Origin: Candidatus Spongiisociaceae bacterium | GTDB taxonomy: Bacteria; Actinomycetota; Acidimicrobiia; Spongiisociales; Spongiisociaceae | DNA: 64,000 bases | Direction: 5' to 3' | NCBI GenBank assembly: GCA_965262915.1 | Contig: OZ253564.1 | Location: forward strand, 576,001 to 640,000 | In this document: in pieces, positions 1-10,694 of the stretch | Layout of the letters: every line of letters starts with the position of its first letter | Position numbering within the stretch: the stretch's first letter is position 1 | Program-made: the position numbers and the translations under genes | The notes under the pieces: model-generated | Databases searched by the model: none | What the model saw: only the letters and a program-made list of their open reading frames with translations | Told to the model about the DNA's origin: nothing

Positions 1-1
1 G

Positions 2-70
2 TTCTCCCTGGTGAACCTGGTCACCGATCTGCTCTACCCGGTTCTCAACCCGAAGGTGAGGCTCGAGTGA
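2..70 (+). CDS. 3' end of peptide/nickel ABC transporter permease (DppB/OppB-like), partial at window edge
   Basis: Reads FSLVNLVTDLLYPVLNPKVRLE*, the typical DppB C-terminus; the stop overlaps the next GTG (GTGA). Confidence 0.8.
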   Translation, partial: FSLVNLVTDLLYPVLNPKVRLE

Positions 71-975
71 CCGGAACAGGGACCGAGCAGGTGACCGCGC
101 GGGAGGTATCGATCGTCCGGACCACCCGCCGGGCGAGGGCCCGAAGGGTGCTCTCGACGATCCTTCATACCCGGCGGGCTCTGGTCGGACTCATCCTGGT
201 CCTGAGCATGGTGTTCGTGTCCGCCTTGGCGCCGATCCTCGCGCCCTACGATCCGGTGATTCCCGACCATGGTCCGCAGTTCGCTCCTCCCGGCTGGGAT
301 TTCCCCTTCGGCACCGACGACTTCGGGCGTGACATGTTGAGCCGGGTGATATGGGGGGGGAGGAAGGCCCTGGTCATCGCAGTGGCCGCGGTGTTGCTGG
401 CACTCATGGCCGGAGGCGTCCTCGGTCTGGTGGCTGGGTTCGTCGGGCGCAAGGTCGATCAGCTGATCATGAGGTTGATAGACATCCTGCAGGCCATACC
501 GTGGCTGGTACTGGCGCTCATGGTCGTGGCCTTCCTGGGTCCGGGTCTGTGGAATGTGATCATCGCCATAGCACTACCCGGAATACCCGGATATGCCCGA
601 CTGGTGAGGAGTTCGGTCCTCGAAGTGCGGGAACAGGACTACGTGACCGCCGCCCGGGCCATCGGCGACGGTCCCGTGTCCATCATGGTCCGGCAGGTTC
701 TTGCCAACAGCTTCGTTCCGGTTCTGGTGGTCATGACCCTCGGATTCGGCGGCACGCTCATCGCCGAGGCCGGCCTGAGCTTCGTGGGGCTCGGTACCCA
801 GCCGCCGGAGCCCAGCTGGGGAAGGATGCTGAGCGAATCCCGATCGTTCATCTCGGTGGCGCCTTGGACGGTGGTCTTCCCCGGTCTTGCCATCAGCTGG
901 GGTGTGATCGGCTTCAATATCCTGGGAGACGGGTTGAGGGACGCCCTCGACCCACGCATGCGGGACATCAGGTGA
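67..975 (+). CDS. Peptide ABC transporter permease (DppC/OppC-like)
   Basis: FGTDDFGRDMLSR, EAA-loop (YVTAARAIG), LSFVGLG..PP.PSWG, GDGLRDALDPR. Confidence 0.95.
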   Translation: MTGTGTEQVTAREVSIVRTTRRARARRVLSTILHTRRALVGLILVLSMVFVSALAPILAPYDPVIPDHGPQFAPPGWDFPFGTDDFGRDMLSRVIWGGRKALVIAVAAVLLALMAGGVLGLVAGFVGRKVDQLIMRLIDILQAIPWLVLALMVVAFLGPGLWNVIIAIALPGIPGYARLVRSSVLEVREQDYVTAARAIGDGPVSIMVRQVLANSFVPVLVVMTLGFGGTLIAEAGLSFVGLGTQPPEPSWGRMLSESRSFISVAPWTVVFPGLAISWGVIGFNILGDGLRDALDPRMRDIR

Positions 976-982
976 AACTGAT

Positions 983-2050
983 ATGACTGAGGCGGACACC
1001 ACGGCGGGCGACGGAACGGTACTGAGCGTCGAGGACCTGCGGGTCTACTTCCACACTCGCAGCGGGGTGGTACGCGCCGTCGACGGGATCGACCTGGATA
1101 TCCGGAAGGGTGAAGCGGTGGGACTGGTGGGCGAGTCCGGGTCCGGAAAGAGCCAGACCGCTCTGGCCGTCATGGGCCTGACGACGGCCCCCGGACGGAT
1201 CGAGTCCGGCAGGATCGTCTTCAATGGGATGGACCTGCGCCGCCAATCCGCCGAGGCCATCCGCAAGATCAGGGGACGGGACATGGCCATGATCTTCCAG
1301 GATCCCATGAGCAGCCTCAACCCGGTGCTGCGGGTCGGAGAGCAGGTAGCCGACGGGATGCGGGTCCATCAGCCGGGCCGTACCCGGGCCGGGGTGGTGT
1401 TCGACGAGTTGTCGGGACTGCACCGCCTCCGCAGGTTCGCCAGGAAGGTCAAGGCCACGGTGGTCGAGCTGTTCCGAAGGGTGCGGATACCGGGCGCCCG
1501 ACGGCGGGTGAGGAGCTTCCCCCACGAGTTCAGCGGCGGTCTCCGCCAGAGGGTGATGATCGCCGCCGGCCTGGCATGGAGCCCGTCGCTCCTGATCGCC
1601 GACGAACCCACCACCGCCCTGGACGTGACCATCGAGGCCCAGGTGCTGCGGCTGATCGCCGAACTCCAGCAGGAGATGGAGATGGGCCTGCTGCTGATCA
1701 CCCACGACATCGGGTTGGTAGCCGAGAATTGTGATCGGGTCTACGTCATGTACGCAGGCCGGATCGTGGAGGAGGCGCGGGTGCGGGACCTGTTCACGAA
1801 CCCCCGCCACCCCTACACCCGGGGACTGCTGGCCTCGACGCCGGACCTCGACGACGACCGGGAGTGGCTGGTGACGATGGAGGGGGCCATGCCGGACCTG
1901 ACCGAACCGTTCGCCGGGTGCGCCTTCTATGACCGGTGCCCCCACCGGCTCGACCCCCGTTGTGCCACGGAGCGGCCGCCTCTGCGGGAGGTCGACGACC
2001 ACCACCGGGTGGCCTGCTTCTACGACGTACCGGACCCGGCCCGTGCCTGA
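983..2050 (+). CDS. Peptide ABC transporter ATP-binding protein (DppD-like)
   Basis: GESGSGKS, FSGGLRQR, IADEPTTALD, HPYT and C-terminal Cys motif. Confidence 0.95.
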   Translation: MTEADTTAGDGTVLSVEDLRVYFHTRSGVVRAVDGIDLDIRKGEAVGLVGESGSGKSQTALAVMGLTTAPGRIESGRIVFNGMDLRRQSAEAIRKIRGRDMAMIFQDPMSSLNPVLRVGEQVADGMRVHQPGRTRAGVVFDELSGLHRLRRFARKVKATVVELFRRVRIPGARRRVRSFPHEFSGGLRQRVMIAAGLAWSPSLLIADEPTTALDVTIEAQVLRLIAELQQEMEMGLLLITHDIGLVAENCDRVYVMYAGRIVEEARVRDLFTNPRHPYTRGLLASTPDLDDDREWLVTMEGAMPDLTEPFAGCAFYDRCPHRLDPRCATERPPLREVDDHHRVACFYDVPDPARA

Positions 2051-2084
2051 CCGCCACGGGTTCGGCAGTCGGCGGAGGTCGTAG

Positions 2085-3149
<1,065 letters not shown>

Positions 3150-3150
3150 A

Positions 3151-4713
3151 ATGAACTTCGATGTCCTGATCAGGAATGGGGCCGTAATCGACGGATCCGG
3201 GAGATCTGCCCGGTCCGTTGACGTCGGGATAGCGGGAGGCGTCATAGAGGCGGTTGACCGGCTTGATGACGCTCAGTCCGAGGTGACCATCGAGGCCGAT
3301 GGGATGGTCGTCGCTCCGGGGTTCATCGATTCGCACGCTCACTCCGACGTGATGCTCCTCGCCGATCCCCAGCACGCTCCCAAGCTCCTCCAAGGGGTGA
3401 CGACCGAGGTGTTGGGACAGGACGGCCTCTCGTACGCCCCCCTTTCCGCCTCCAATCTGCAGCTCTACCGCCGTTACCTGGCCGGTCTCAACACCAGCCT
3501 GGACGTGGACTGGAACTGGTCGAGCGTCGCCGAGTACCGGGCGCGCTTCGACGGTCATGTGGCCATCAACACCGCCTACCTGATCCCCCACGGGGCAATC
3601 CGGCTGGAGGTCCTCGGCATGGAGGACGTGCCTCTGGTCGGCGAGGACCTGAGACGGGCTCAGCGTCTGGTCGAACAGGGTATGGAGGAGTGGGGGGTCG
3701 GGTTCTCCACCGGGCTGGGCTACTACCCGCAGGTCTATTCGGACACCAAGGAACTGGTGGAGTTGTGCCGCCCGGCCGTCGGAGGTGTCTTCGCCCCGCA
3801 CCTCCGGACCATCTTCCGGGGCGAGCCGTTCGACCCCGTGCAGGAGGCCCTCGATGTCAGCCGCAGGTCGGGGATCGCCCTACACCTCACCCACTTCGGT
3901 CCCGGTTGGGACATCTCGATGGTGGACCGGGCCAAGGCCGCCGGTCTCGATGTCACCTTCGACGCCTACCCGTACTTCTCGGGATCGAGCACCCTCATGG
4001 CCTTCCTACCTCCATGGGCGCAGGTGGGCGGACCCGACGACATCCTCGAGCGGTTGGCCGATCCGGTCCAGCGCAAGCGGATGGAGGGCGAGGTTGCAGG
4101 GGTGCGGATCGCCAACCGCATCAAGACATGGGGCGACATGATGATCAGCCACGCACCCTCGGCTGCCAACAGCCACCTGGTCGGGCTCACCATCCCGGAG
4201 GCGACCGAGGCTCGGGGGTTCGAGACGTGTGAGGAGTTTGTCTGCCAGATACTCCTCGAGGAGAACCTCGAAGTGGGCCACCGCATGCCCCCACCTGCCG
4301 ACGAGGTGGTCGAGGCCGGCAGCGAGAAGTACATGAAGCTACTCGAGCGGGAGGACTACGCGGTCAGCAGCGACAGCATCCTGGCAGGCGACAAACCCCA
4401 TCCGAGGGCGTACGGCACCTTCCCGAAGGTGCTCGGACCGCTGAGGAGGAGGTACGGCAACTCGCTCGAGTCGCTCGTCAACCGCATGACCGCCTTCCCG
4501 GCCTCCCGGTTCGGCCTTTCCGACCGTGGCCTCCTCCGCCCCGGCAAGGCGGCCGATGTGGTGGTCTTCGACCCGGACCTGGTCAACGACACGGCCACCT
4601 ACGACGAACCGAAAAGCTTCCCGGAGGGTATCGAGCACGTGCTCGTGAACGGGCAGGTCGCGGTGGAGGAGGGTGCCCCGACCGGGGTACTGGCCGGCCG
4701 GGCCCTACCGTAG
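3151..4713 (+). CDS. N-acyl-D-amino-acid deacylase (D-aminoacylase, amidohydrolase family)
   Basis: PGFIDSHAHSD, QGVTTEV.GQDG, PHPRAYGTFP, G..ADVVVFDP; ATG 3151 follows GGAGG. Confidence 0.9.
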   Translation: MNFDVLIRNGAVIDGSGRSARSVDVGIAGGVIEAVDRLDDAQSEVTIEADGMVVAPGFIDSHAHSDVMLLADPQHAPKLLQGVTTEVLGQDGLSYAPLSASNLQLYRRYLAGLNTSLDVDWNWSSVAEYRARFDGHVAINTAYLIPHGAIRLEVLGMEDVPLVGEDLRRAQRLVEQGMEEWGVGFSTGLGYYPQVYSDTKELVELCRPAVGGVFAPHLRTIFRGEPFDPVQEALDVSRRSGIALHLTHFGPGWDISMVDRAKAAGLDVTFDAYPYFSGSSTLMAFLPPWAQVGGPDDILERLADPVQRKRMEGEVAGVRIANRIKTWGDMMISHAPSAANSHLVGLTIPEATEARGFETCEEFVCQILLEENLEVGHRMPPPADEVVEAGSEKYMKLLEREDYAVSSDSILAGDKPHPRAYGTFPKVLGPLRRRYGNSLESLVNRMTAFPASRFGLSDRGLLRPGKAADVVVFDPDLVNDTATYDEPKSFPEGIEHVLVNGQVAVEEGAPTGVLAGRALP

Positions 4714-4864
4714 AAGCGAACTCGCAACAGGTGTTGAGACGCCTTATCGAGGCTTCGTGGAACGCCGGGAAATTGACGAATCCCAGACATCTCCATAGGC
4801 GAACCCCCCTCTGATTCGAGCCAGTGCAATACGGGCTTCCTTGGCCCACGGCTCTGGATTATGC

Positions 4865-6297
4865 GGCTCATCGGATTTCAGTGGGGAGTGACCGATGGGA
4901 GTAGGTCCCAGTTGGGTTTCCCCGCGTAGAGAAGGGCGCGGATTCGGTAGTTCGCGAAGTTGCGGAACCCGAACGCTGCTCGTTTGATCCGTTTGATGAG
5001 GTTGTTGAGGGCTTCGGTGGGTCCGTTGGTTACCTTCGAGATGTGCCAGTTGGTGATCTGGGGGGTCCAGCGGGCGATGGTACGACCCAGCTTGTTGATC
5101 TCGGGTGGGCAGGATTCGTGTTGGAGGTCGTCTGCGAGCTGGAGGGTGTATCGGAGAGCAAGGACCGGACTCTCGATCCCGTAGATGCCTCGTACCGTCT
5201 CTTTCGCGTGCCAGGCTGTGCGCACTTCCCCGTAGGGGTCACCAGCATCGAGGAGACCACGCAGCCGTATTTGACCCCGGTCGCTGATCCTCTCATGCGC
5301 AGCGGTTAGGAGCCGCCGTATCCGATACAGCGGGTCATCCTTGCGGCCTCGATGCCCGAGGGTTTCGTTTTGGACTCTTCGTCGTACCTCGTCGAGACGC
5401 TGGTTGGCGAGGCGGATGACGTGGAACGGGTCCGCTACCTGCAGCGCGTGCGGCAGCACCCTGTCATACGCCTTCCGATACGAACCGGACATGTCCAACA
5501 CCGCCCAGCGGATAGCCTCACACCATTCGGTGGGTTGTGACCGGAACCAGGCTGCGGCGCTTTCTGCTGTTCTACCAGGGACTATGTCGATCAGCTGGTG
5601 GCCGCCAACGTCGACGACAGAGGTGCACCAGACTTTGGTACGCCAACGGCCCCGACGCCAGAACAACGTCTCGTCCACTCCCACAGCTTCGACGGTCCCG
5701 ACCCGATCGGTGTCTGCTTCCAGCAGCGCTTCGCCCCAGCGGCCAACCTCTTTGTTCACCGTATGCCAATCACAACCAAGTTCTGCGGCGACCTCGTCGA
5801 CCGAACGGCCCCGCCCACCCACCTGGATGGTCACCCACCGGGCCGCTCGGGATGTCAACAACGCCCGTTGGGGACCAATCTTGGGGTCTTGTTCGATGAA
5901 CGATCTGAGCGCACAGTCGGGGTTCGGACATGTCCAGCGCCGTTTCCGCCACCGCAGCCGCACAGGCCGGCCGAACGCCGGTAAATCCACCAACACAACC
6001 GTCCGATAGCCCTTCGACCACACCGACCCGCCACAGGACTCACACAACGGCCGGGGCTTGCGGGACCGGATCACCACCTCCAACGGTGCCTCCTCGCCCG
6101 GGTCGTTGATCCCTACCAGATCAACCTCACCTAGGCCTACCAACTTCTCGCACATGCGCGTAGGATCAGCTTCCACAGGGGTCCTCCTGCCTCGGATGTC
6201 ATTACCAACACCCGATTATGGAGGACCCCTCCTCACTTCTGGTGGATTCCAACTCCCCCTGGCAGATCCCCTACTCCCCACTCATTTCCGAAGAGCC
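4865..6297 (-). mobile_element. ISL3-family insertion sequence, apparently complete (1433 bp)
   Basis: Imperfect terminal IRs starting GGCTCATCGG / GGCTCTTCGG; 8-bp target duplication GATTATGC at 4857-4864 and 6298-6305. Confidence 0.93.
4878..6176 (-). CDS. ISL3-family transposase
   Basis: Zn finger (CESC..CPNPDC), GVDET, LDMS, DPFHV, TNGPTEALNNLIKRIKR..FGFRN..NYR.R. Confidence 0.95.
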   Translation of the reverse strand: MEADPTRMCEKLVGLGEVDLVGINDPGEEAPLEVVIRSRKPRPLCESCGGSVWSKGYRTVVLVDLPAFGRPVRLRWRKRRWTCPNPDCALRSFIEQDPKIGPQRALLTSRAARWVTIQVGGRGRSVDEVAAELGCDWHTVNKEVGRWGEALLEADTDRVGTVEAVGVDETLFWRRGRWRTKVWCTSVVDVGGHQLIDIVPGRTAESAAAWFRSQPTEWCEAIRWAVLDMSGSYRKAYDRVLPHALQVADPFHVIRLANQRLDEVRRRVQNETLGHRGRKDDPLYRIRRLLTAAHERISDRGQIRLRGLLDAGDPYGEVRTAWHAKETVRGIYGIESPVLALRYTLQLADDLQHESCPPEINKLGRTIARWTPQITNWHISKVTNGPTEALNNLIKRIKRAAFGFRNFANYRIRALLYAGKPNWDLLPSVTPH

Positions 6298-6941
6298 GAT
6301 TATGCTCAGCAATCAGTTCAAGACCCTCGATGGCTCGTCGATCTTGGAACTCACCAACTTGCCGTATGACCACCTCACCTAAGCTAGGGCGCGCAGGATA
6401 GGAATCCTCTGGAGGATATCGGCGAAGTTCACGAGTAGCTCGAGGAGATGCTTTCGAATCGGTTCTGTATCAGGAGAGCGTATCCATGTTACTCGCACCT
6501 CTCCGCCAACATATCTGATAGTTGGCCCGATCGGTATCGGGTCACGTTCAGGTCTTCGATGCGGATGATTAGCACAGTACGTGTAGAAGGGCTTACCAAT
6601 CATCACATCTCTAATATCACAATATGGCTCTTGATCAGCTTGGTCCTTAGGGTAGCCGTGCCTGCCTTGATTCCTCCGATTGAACCAACAAGTACCACAG
6701 CAATCTGATCCCCCATTCGGCACTCTGTGATCCTCCTCTGAGCCAGCGATAGACTATAGCAGCGCGGGTAGCCCCCCGAAGCGGTCGAGTTCCTACGAAG
6801 GCCAGGCTTCGCGTTTCGTTGAGGAAGGGGTTGGACTTGCTCGAAGCGGCTATGCCCTAGGGTGGCCGATCCCAAGGGGCCGGTCGCAAGGGGAACGCCA
6901 CGATGTGCGGACCGAGCGAGCGTTACAACGCAAGACTCCGC

Positions 6942-7352
6942 TCATATCCAACTTTCTACGCGTAGATCAGCGAATTCGTGAAAGTCCTTCGCGTTCAACG
7001 TAACGAGTGTCAACCCATTGACGATGGCGATTGCTGCGATCTGTCCGTCGACGAAGGGAGGCGTCTTGCCTGAGGCGGTTAGTCTCGCCCTCTCTGTCGC
7101 ATGTCGGTCCGCAGCCTCCTGACCGTACTCGAGCACCGGGAAGACGGCTAGGACCACGCCCTCGATATATCGCTCGATGACGTCGCGCCGTTGCGAATGT
7201 GGCAACCGAGAACAGCCGAATCGCAGCTCGTGCCAGACCGGGGCAGGAATAGCGCTTTCATGGCCATGGTTGTGCAACCGTCGCACGATGGCGGCGTTCG
7301 GTCTGGCCCGCAGAGGTTCGGAGACCACGTTGGTGTCGAGTAGGTACTCCAC
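6942..7352 (-). CDS. vapC: VapC-family PIN-domain toxin
   Basis: YLLDTNVVSE, HELRFG, DGQIAAIA, LVTLNAKDF. Confidence 0.93.
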   Translation of the reverse strand: MEYLLDTNVVSEPLRARPNAAIVRRLHNHGHESAIPAPVWHELRFGCSRLPHSQRRDVIERYIEGVVLAVFPVLEYGQEAADRHATERARLTASGKTPPFVDGQIAAIAIVNGLTLVTLNAKDFHEFADLRVESWI

Positions 7353-7355
7353 TGC

Positions 7356-7637
7356 TCACAACCGGACGTCGCGCCCGGTTGTCTCTTGGCGCGCGACCGT
7401 GAACAGTTGGTCGGGATCGAGAGCTAGTTCTGTGAGATCCACATCGGCCGCAAACTCATCGTAGGCCTGGGTGAAGCCGCGGCGACTCGCGGTAAGCTGC
7501 TCGAAGTGTCGTTGTCCGATCAGCACGGCGACCGGGTTTCCCCGCCGAGTCAATTCGACAACCCCGCCGCCCTCTGCCTCTCGGATGAGCCTCGGCAGGT
7601 TGCGACGGGCCTCCGTTATCGAACGGCGATCATGCAT
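7356..7637 (-). CDS. Phd/YefM-family antitoxin
   Basis: SITEARRNLPRLIREAEGG..VELTRRGNPVAVL; directly upstream of vapC. Confidence 0.92.
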   Translation of the reverse strand: MHDRRSITEARRNLPRLIREAEGGGVVELTRRGNPVAVLIGQRHFEQLTASRRGFTQAYDEFAADVDLTELALDPDQLFTVARQETTGRDVRL

Positions 7638-7740
7638 GCTATCTCCTTCCTGGGAGCACGCCGATCAAGAATGGTTCTTCTCGCTCGATACTCCCTGACG
7701 AGGCAATCTGTCGGTGATCGATGGACACTGAGACTGCTCC

Positions 7741-7776
7741 CCTGTCTAGTGTACATATATATGTACACTAGACAGG
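7741..7776. promoter_or_regulatory. Perfect 36-bp palindrome, probable operator
   Basis: CCTGTCTAGTGTACATATATATGTACACTAGACAGG equals its reverse complement; it lies between the divergent TA operon and tRNA. Confidence 0.6.
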
Positions 7777-7846
7777 CGCCGGGGTCGCCACGCCTCTGTT
7801 GGAGGCCACCGATCATTGGATTAGGGAATAGACTGCTACCTGATCT

Positions 7847-7920
7847 GGGGGTGTAGCTCAGTCTGGCAGAGCGCCTGGTTTGCAACCAGGAGGCCGTCGG
7901 TTCGAATCCGATCACCTCCA
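7847..7920 (+). tRNA. tRNA-Ala(UGC), CCA not encoded
   Basis: Acceptor stem GGGGGTG/CACCTCC with G3:U70, D arm TAGCTCAGTCTGGCAGAGC, anticodon arm CCTGG-TTTGCAA-CCAGG, T loop GTTCGAATC. Confidence 0.97.
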
Positions 7921-8190
7921 CCCCGGCCTCCCGCCGGGGCATCCACGCGCATGGATGCCCTTGGTCTGTGACCTGTGCAAACCACACCGTCACCGGGCCG
8001 GTTGCCGAACACCCGCTGGAACCCGTCACTGCTAAGCCGATGGCCCCTACGACGGCCCCAGCGCGAACGAGTAGGGGTTTGTATGATTTGGTAATAGTGG
8101 TCGCTGATCGCTATCGACCTTCAGGAACCTGGTGGGCCGCTCTTTCCTGCGCCTTCTCGATTGGGAGTGGCGACTGCTAGGGTCCGCGGC

Positions 8191-8499
8191 ATGGGCGGCG
8201 AGATAGAATCCGTCAGGGTTGTCGAGGTCAAGGCGCTGGAGGAGTATCGGGTCTGGCTTCGATACAACGACGGTGTCGAGGGTGTGGTCGACCTGTCCGA
8301 CATGGTGGAGTACGAGCCGTTCGAGCCGTGGAAGGATAAAGAGTTCTTTGAGACGGCGGTGCGTGTCGACGAGTGGGGAAGCATCCGGTGGTCCGACGAC
8401 CTCGACTTCTGTCGCACTGCGCTGTACATGGAGATCACGGGCAAACCACCAGAAGAGGTGCTTACCGGGCGCCGCGAGAAGGCTCTCGTTGGCGCCTGA
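8191..8499 (+). CDS. DUF2442-family protein (putative antitoxin)
   Basis: VVEVKALEEYRVWLRYNDGVEGVVDL ... GSIRWSDDLDFC..ALY pattern. Confidence 0.8.
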   Translation: MGGEIESVRVVEVKALEEYRVWLRYNDGVEGVVDLSDMVEYEPFEPWKDKEFFETAVRVDEWGSIRWSDDLDFCRTALYMEITGKPPEEVLTGRREKALVGA

Positions 8500-8764
8500 G
8501 CTCTGTCGCCTCGGCGACGGGGACAACATCCGCATCACGATCAATTGGAGGGACCACCCACCGCCCCATGTTCATGCGGAGTTAAGGGGCAAGACCGACG
8601 CGACTGTGGGCATCGAGAGCCTGGCGATAGAGGACGGAACCCTCCCCAAGAAAGAGCGCGATCTGGTGATCGGATGGGTCACGCTCCGTCAAGCTGAACT
8701 GCGTGTAGCGTGGGAAATGGCGTCCCGGGGTATCAACCCGGGAAAGGTCGAGCCGTTGCGGTAA
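8489..8764 (+). CDS. DUF4160-family protein (putative toxin)
   Basis: PELCR...IRITINWRDHPPPHVHAE ... G.LP.K...LV..W.......L...W; the TTG start overlaps the upstream gene. Confidence 0.8.
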   Translation: MAPELCRLGDGDNIRITINWRDHPPPHVHAELRGKTDATVGIESLAIEDGTLPKKERDLVIGWVTLRQAELRVAWEMASRGINPGKVEPLR

Positions 8765-8796
8765 GTCGCCATCGGCCGCATGAACTAGGAGATGCC

Positions 8797-9975
8797 ATGC
8801 AGAGAGCAGTGGTCGTCGATGCTGTACGAACCCCGACCGGCAAGCGAAATGGCAAGCTCGAGGGGTACCACCCCGTCGATCTGGCGGCGATCACCCTGCG
8901 GGCCCTCGTGGAGCGGAACGACCTGGATGCCGGCCTCGTCGACGACGTGATCATGGGCTGCGTGATGCAGACCGGCGAGCAGGGCATCAACGTGGGCCGC
9001 AACGCAGCCCTGGCCGCCGGGTTCCCCGAGGAGGTGGTGGGCACCACCATCGACCGCCAGTGCGGGTCGGGCCAGCAGTCCTCGCACTTCGCCGCCCAGG
9101 GCGTGATGGCCGGTGCCTACGACGTGGTGATCGCGGCCGGCGTCGAGTCCATGACCCGGGTCCCGATGGGGATCACCGCCCAGCAGGGGCCGGGCAAACC
9201 GTTCGGTCCCCTGATGGTCGACCGCTACGCCCGCAGCCTCGTCCCCCAGGGCATCTCGGCGGAGATGGCCGCCGAGAAGTGGAGCCTCTCCCGGGAGTCC
9301 CTGGACCGGATCGCCTACGACTCCCACATGCGGGCCGTTCGGGCCACAGAGGAGGGCCGGTTCAGCAGGGAGATAGTGCCCGTCGAGGTGCCGATGAACG
9401 GGTCGACCGGGATGATGGTCACCGATGAGGGGATCCGGCCCGACACCTCCATGCAGGTGCTGGAGGATCTCCGGCCGGTCTTCAAGCCCGATGGTGTCGT
9501 CACAGCGGGGAACTCGTCTCAGATATCGGACGGCGCCGCCGCTGTGCTCGTGATGTCGGAGGCCAAGGCGGAGCAGCTCGGCCTGTCGCCGATGGCGCGC
9601 TACGTACAGTTCTCCCTGGCGGGGGTCGATCCGGTCTCCATGCTCACCGGGCCAGTGCCGGCCACCGCCCGCGTGCTGGAGAGGGCCGGCCTGACCGTCG
9701 ACGACATCGACCTCTTCGAGGTGAACGAGGCGTTCGCGTCGGTGGTGGGCTTGTGGTTGGCCGAGCACGGGGGAAGCGACCCGGACGCGCTGTGGGAACG
9801 GACCAACGTCAACGGCGGGGCCATCGCGCTGGGCCACCCGCTCGGCGGCACGGGCGCCAAGCTGACCGCCACGCTCGTCCACGAGATGGAGCGCCGCGAG
9901 GCCCGCTACGGTCTCCAGACCATGTGCGAAGGGGGAGGGATGGCCAATGCGATGATCCTCGAGAGGGTCTGCTAG
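8797..9975 (+). CDS. Thiolase (acetyl-CoA C-acyltransferase)
   Basis: DRQCGS, NEAFA, GGAIALGHPLG, TMCEGGG. Confidence 0.96.
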   Translation: MQRAVVVDAVRTPTGKRNGKLEGYHPVDLAAITLRALVERNDLDAGLVDDVIMGCVMQTGEQGINVGRNAALAAGFPEEVVGTTIDRQCGSGQQSSHFAAQGVMAGAYDVVIAAGVESMTRVPMGITAQQGPGKPFGPLMVDRYARSLVPQGISAEMAAEKWSLSRESLDRIAYDSHMRAVRATEEGRFSREIVPVEVPMNGSTGMMVTDEGIRPDTSMQVLEDLRPVFKPDGVVTAGNSSQISDGAAAVLVMSEAKAEQLGLSPMARYVQFSLAGVDPVSMLTGPVPATARVLERAGLTVDDIDLFEVNEAFASVVGLWLAEHGGSDPDALWERTNVNGGAIALGHPLGGTGAKLTATLVHEMERREARYGLQTMCEGGGMANAMILERVC

Positions 9976-10029
9976 CCGGCGGATGGGGACCGTCCACCGG
10001 CTGCCCGGCACGACTCGGAGCGGGTTGAA

Positions 10030-10275
10030 ATGACAGCCCTGAACATCATCATCGCACTTGGCATCGGCGTGGTCATCTGGACCGTGCTGATGACGGTGTT
10101 GCGGGCGGTGGCCAACCCGCCCCCCGAGGTGGACCCCGACGACGTGGTCGAGACCCGCCGCCGCTTCAGGTGCAGCCTGTGCGGTACCCAGGTAACGATG
10201 ACCGTCACCAATATCGCCGAGCCCAAGCCCCCGCGCCACTGCCGCGAGGAGATGGACGAGGTCCCGGCCGAGTGA
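10030..10275 (+). CDS. Small membrane-anchored protein with Zn-ribbon-like motif
   Basis: N-terminal hydrophobic helix, then CSLC...HC...M; strong GC3 bias. Confidence 0.75.
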   Translation: MTALNIIIALGIGVVIWTVLMTVLRAVANPPPEVDPDDVVETRRRFRCSLCGTQVTMTVTNIAEPKPPRHCREEMDEVPAE

Positions 10276-10319
10276 TAACCCGATCCGCACCCACCCCCGC
10301 CGGGTGCCCGTCCCCCGAG

Positions 10320-10569
10320 TTATCCACAGACCGGGGAAAACTCGGGGGATAAGCCACAACAGGCAACTCGGGGTTCAAGGACCGTTAACCCAGGAGAAAT
10401 GATTGTCCTGTTCGGACCCGGCATGGCGTTTGATATTGCTTAGTGTGCGGTACCGGCGTGTCCCCGTCAACCGCCCGGCGAGGGGACGGTTACTGCGAAT
10501 GTGGATAAGAGGGCGACCGATAGGTGCCGGCCTCGGGAAAACACAACTCGGGACAGCTCGTGTGGATAC
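10320..10569. promoter_or_regulatory. Cluster of DnaA boxes
   Basis: TTATCCACA at 10320 and TGTGGATAA at 10500 (both perfect), TGTGGATAC at 10561, GGGGGATAA at 10344, in a non-coding gap between convergent genes. Confidence 0.6.
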
Positions 10570-10694
10570 TGTGCTCGACAGGTGGTTCCGAGCAGCAGAC
10601 GAACAAGGAAGGCCTACAGGGCGATCAGCCCTCGGCCTATCCGCGCACCCCTCAGTACCTGTCCGAGAACCACCGGCTACCGGCTACCGGCCGG

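Larger units (their letters stand above)
4744..6723 (-). pseudogene. Cys-rich hypothetical protein (MPNGGSDCCGTCWFN...), frameshifted near 6410 and split by the ISL3
   Basis: After a frameshift the reading continues EDSYPARPSLGEVVIRQVGEFQDRRAIEGLELIAEHN up to the IS, then resumes in frame across the target duplication as PEPWAKEARIALARIRGG... to TAA at 4744. Confidence 0.6.
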
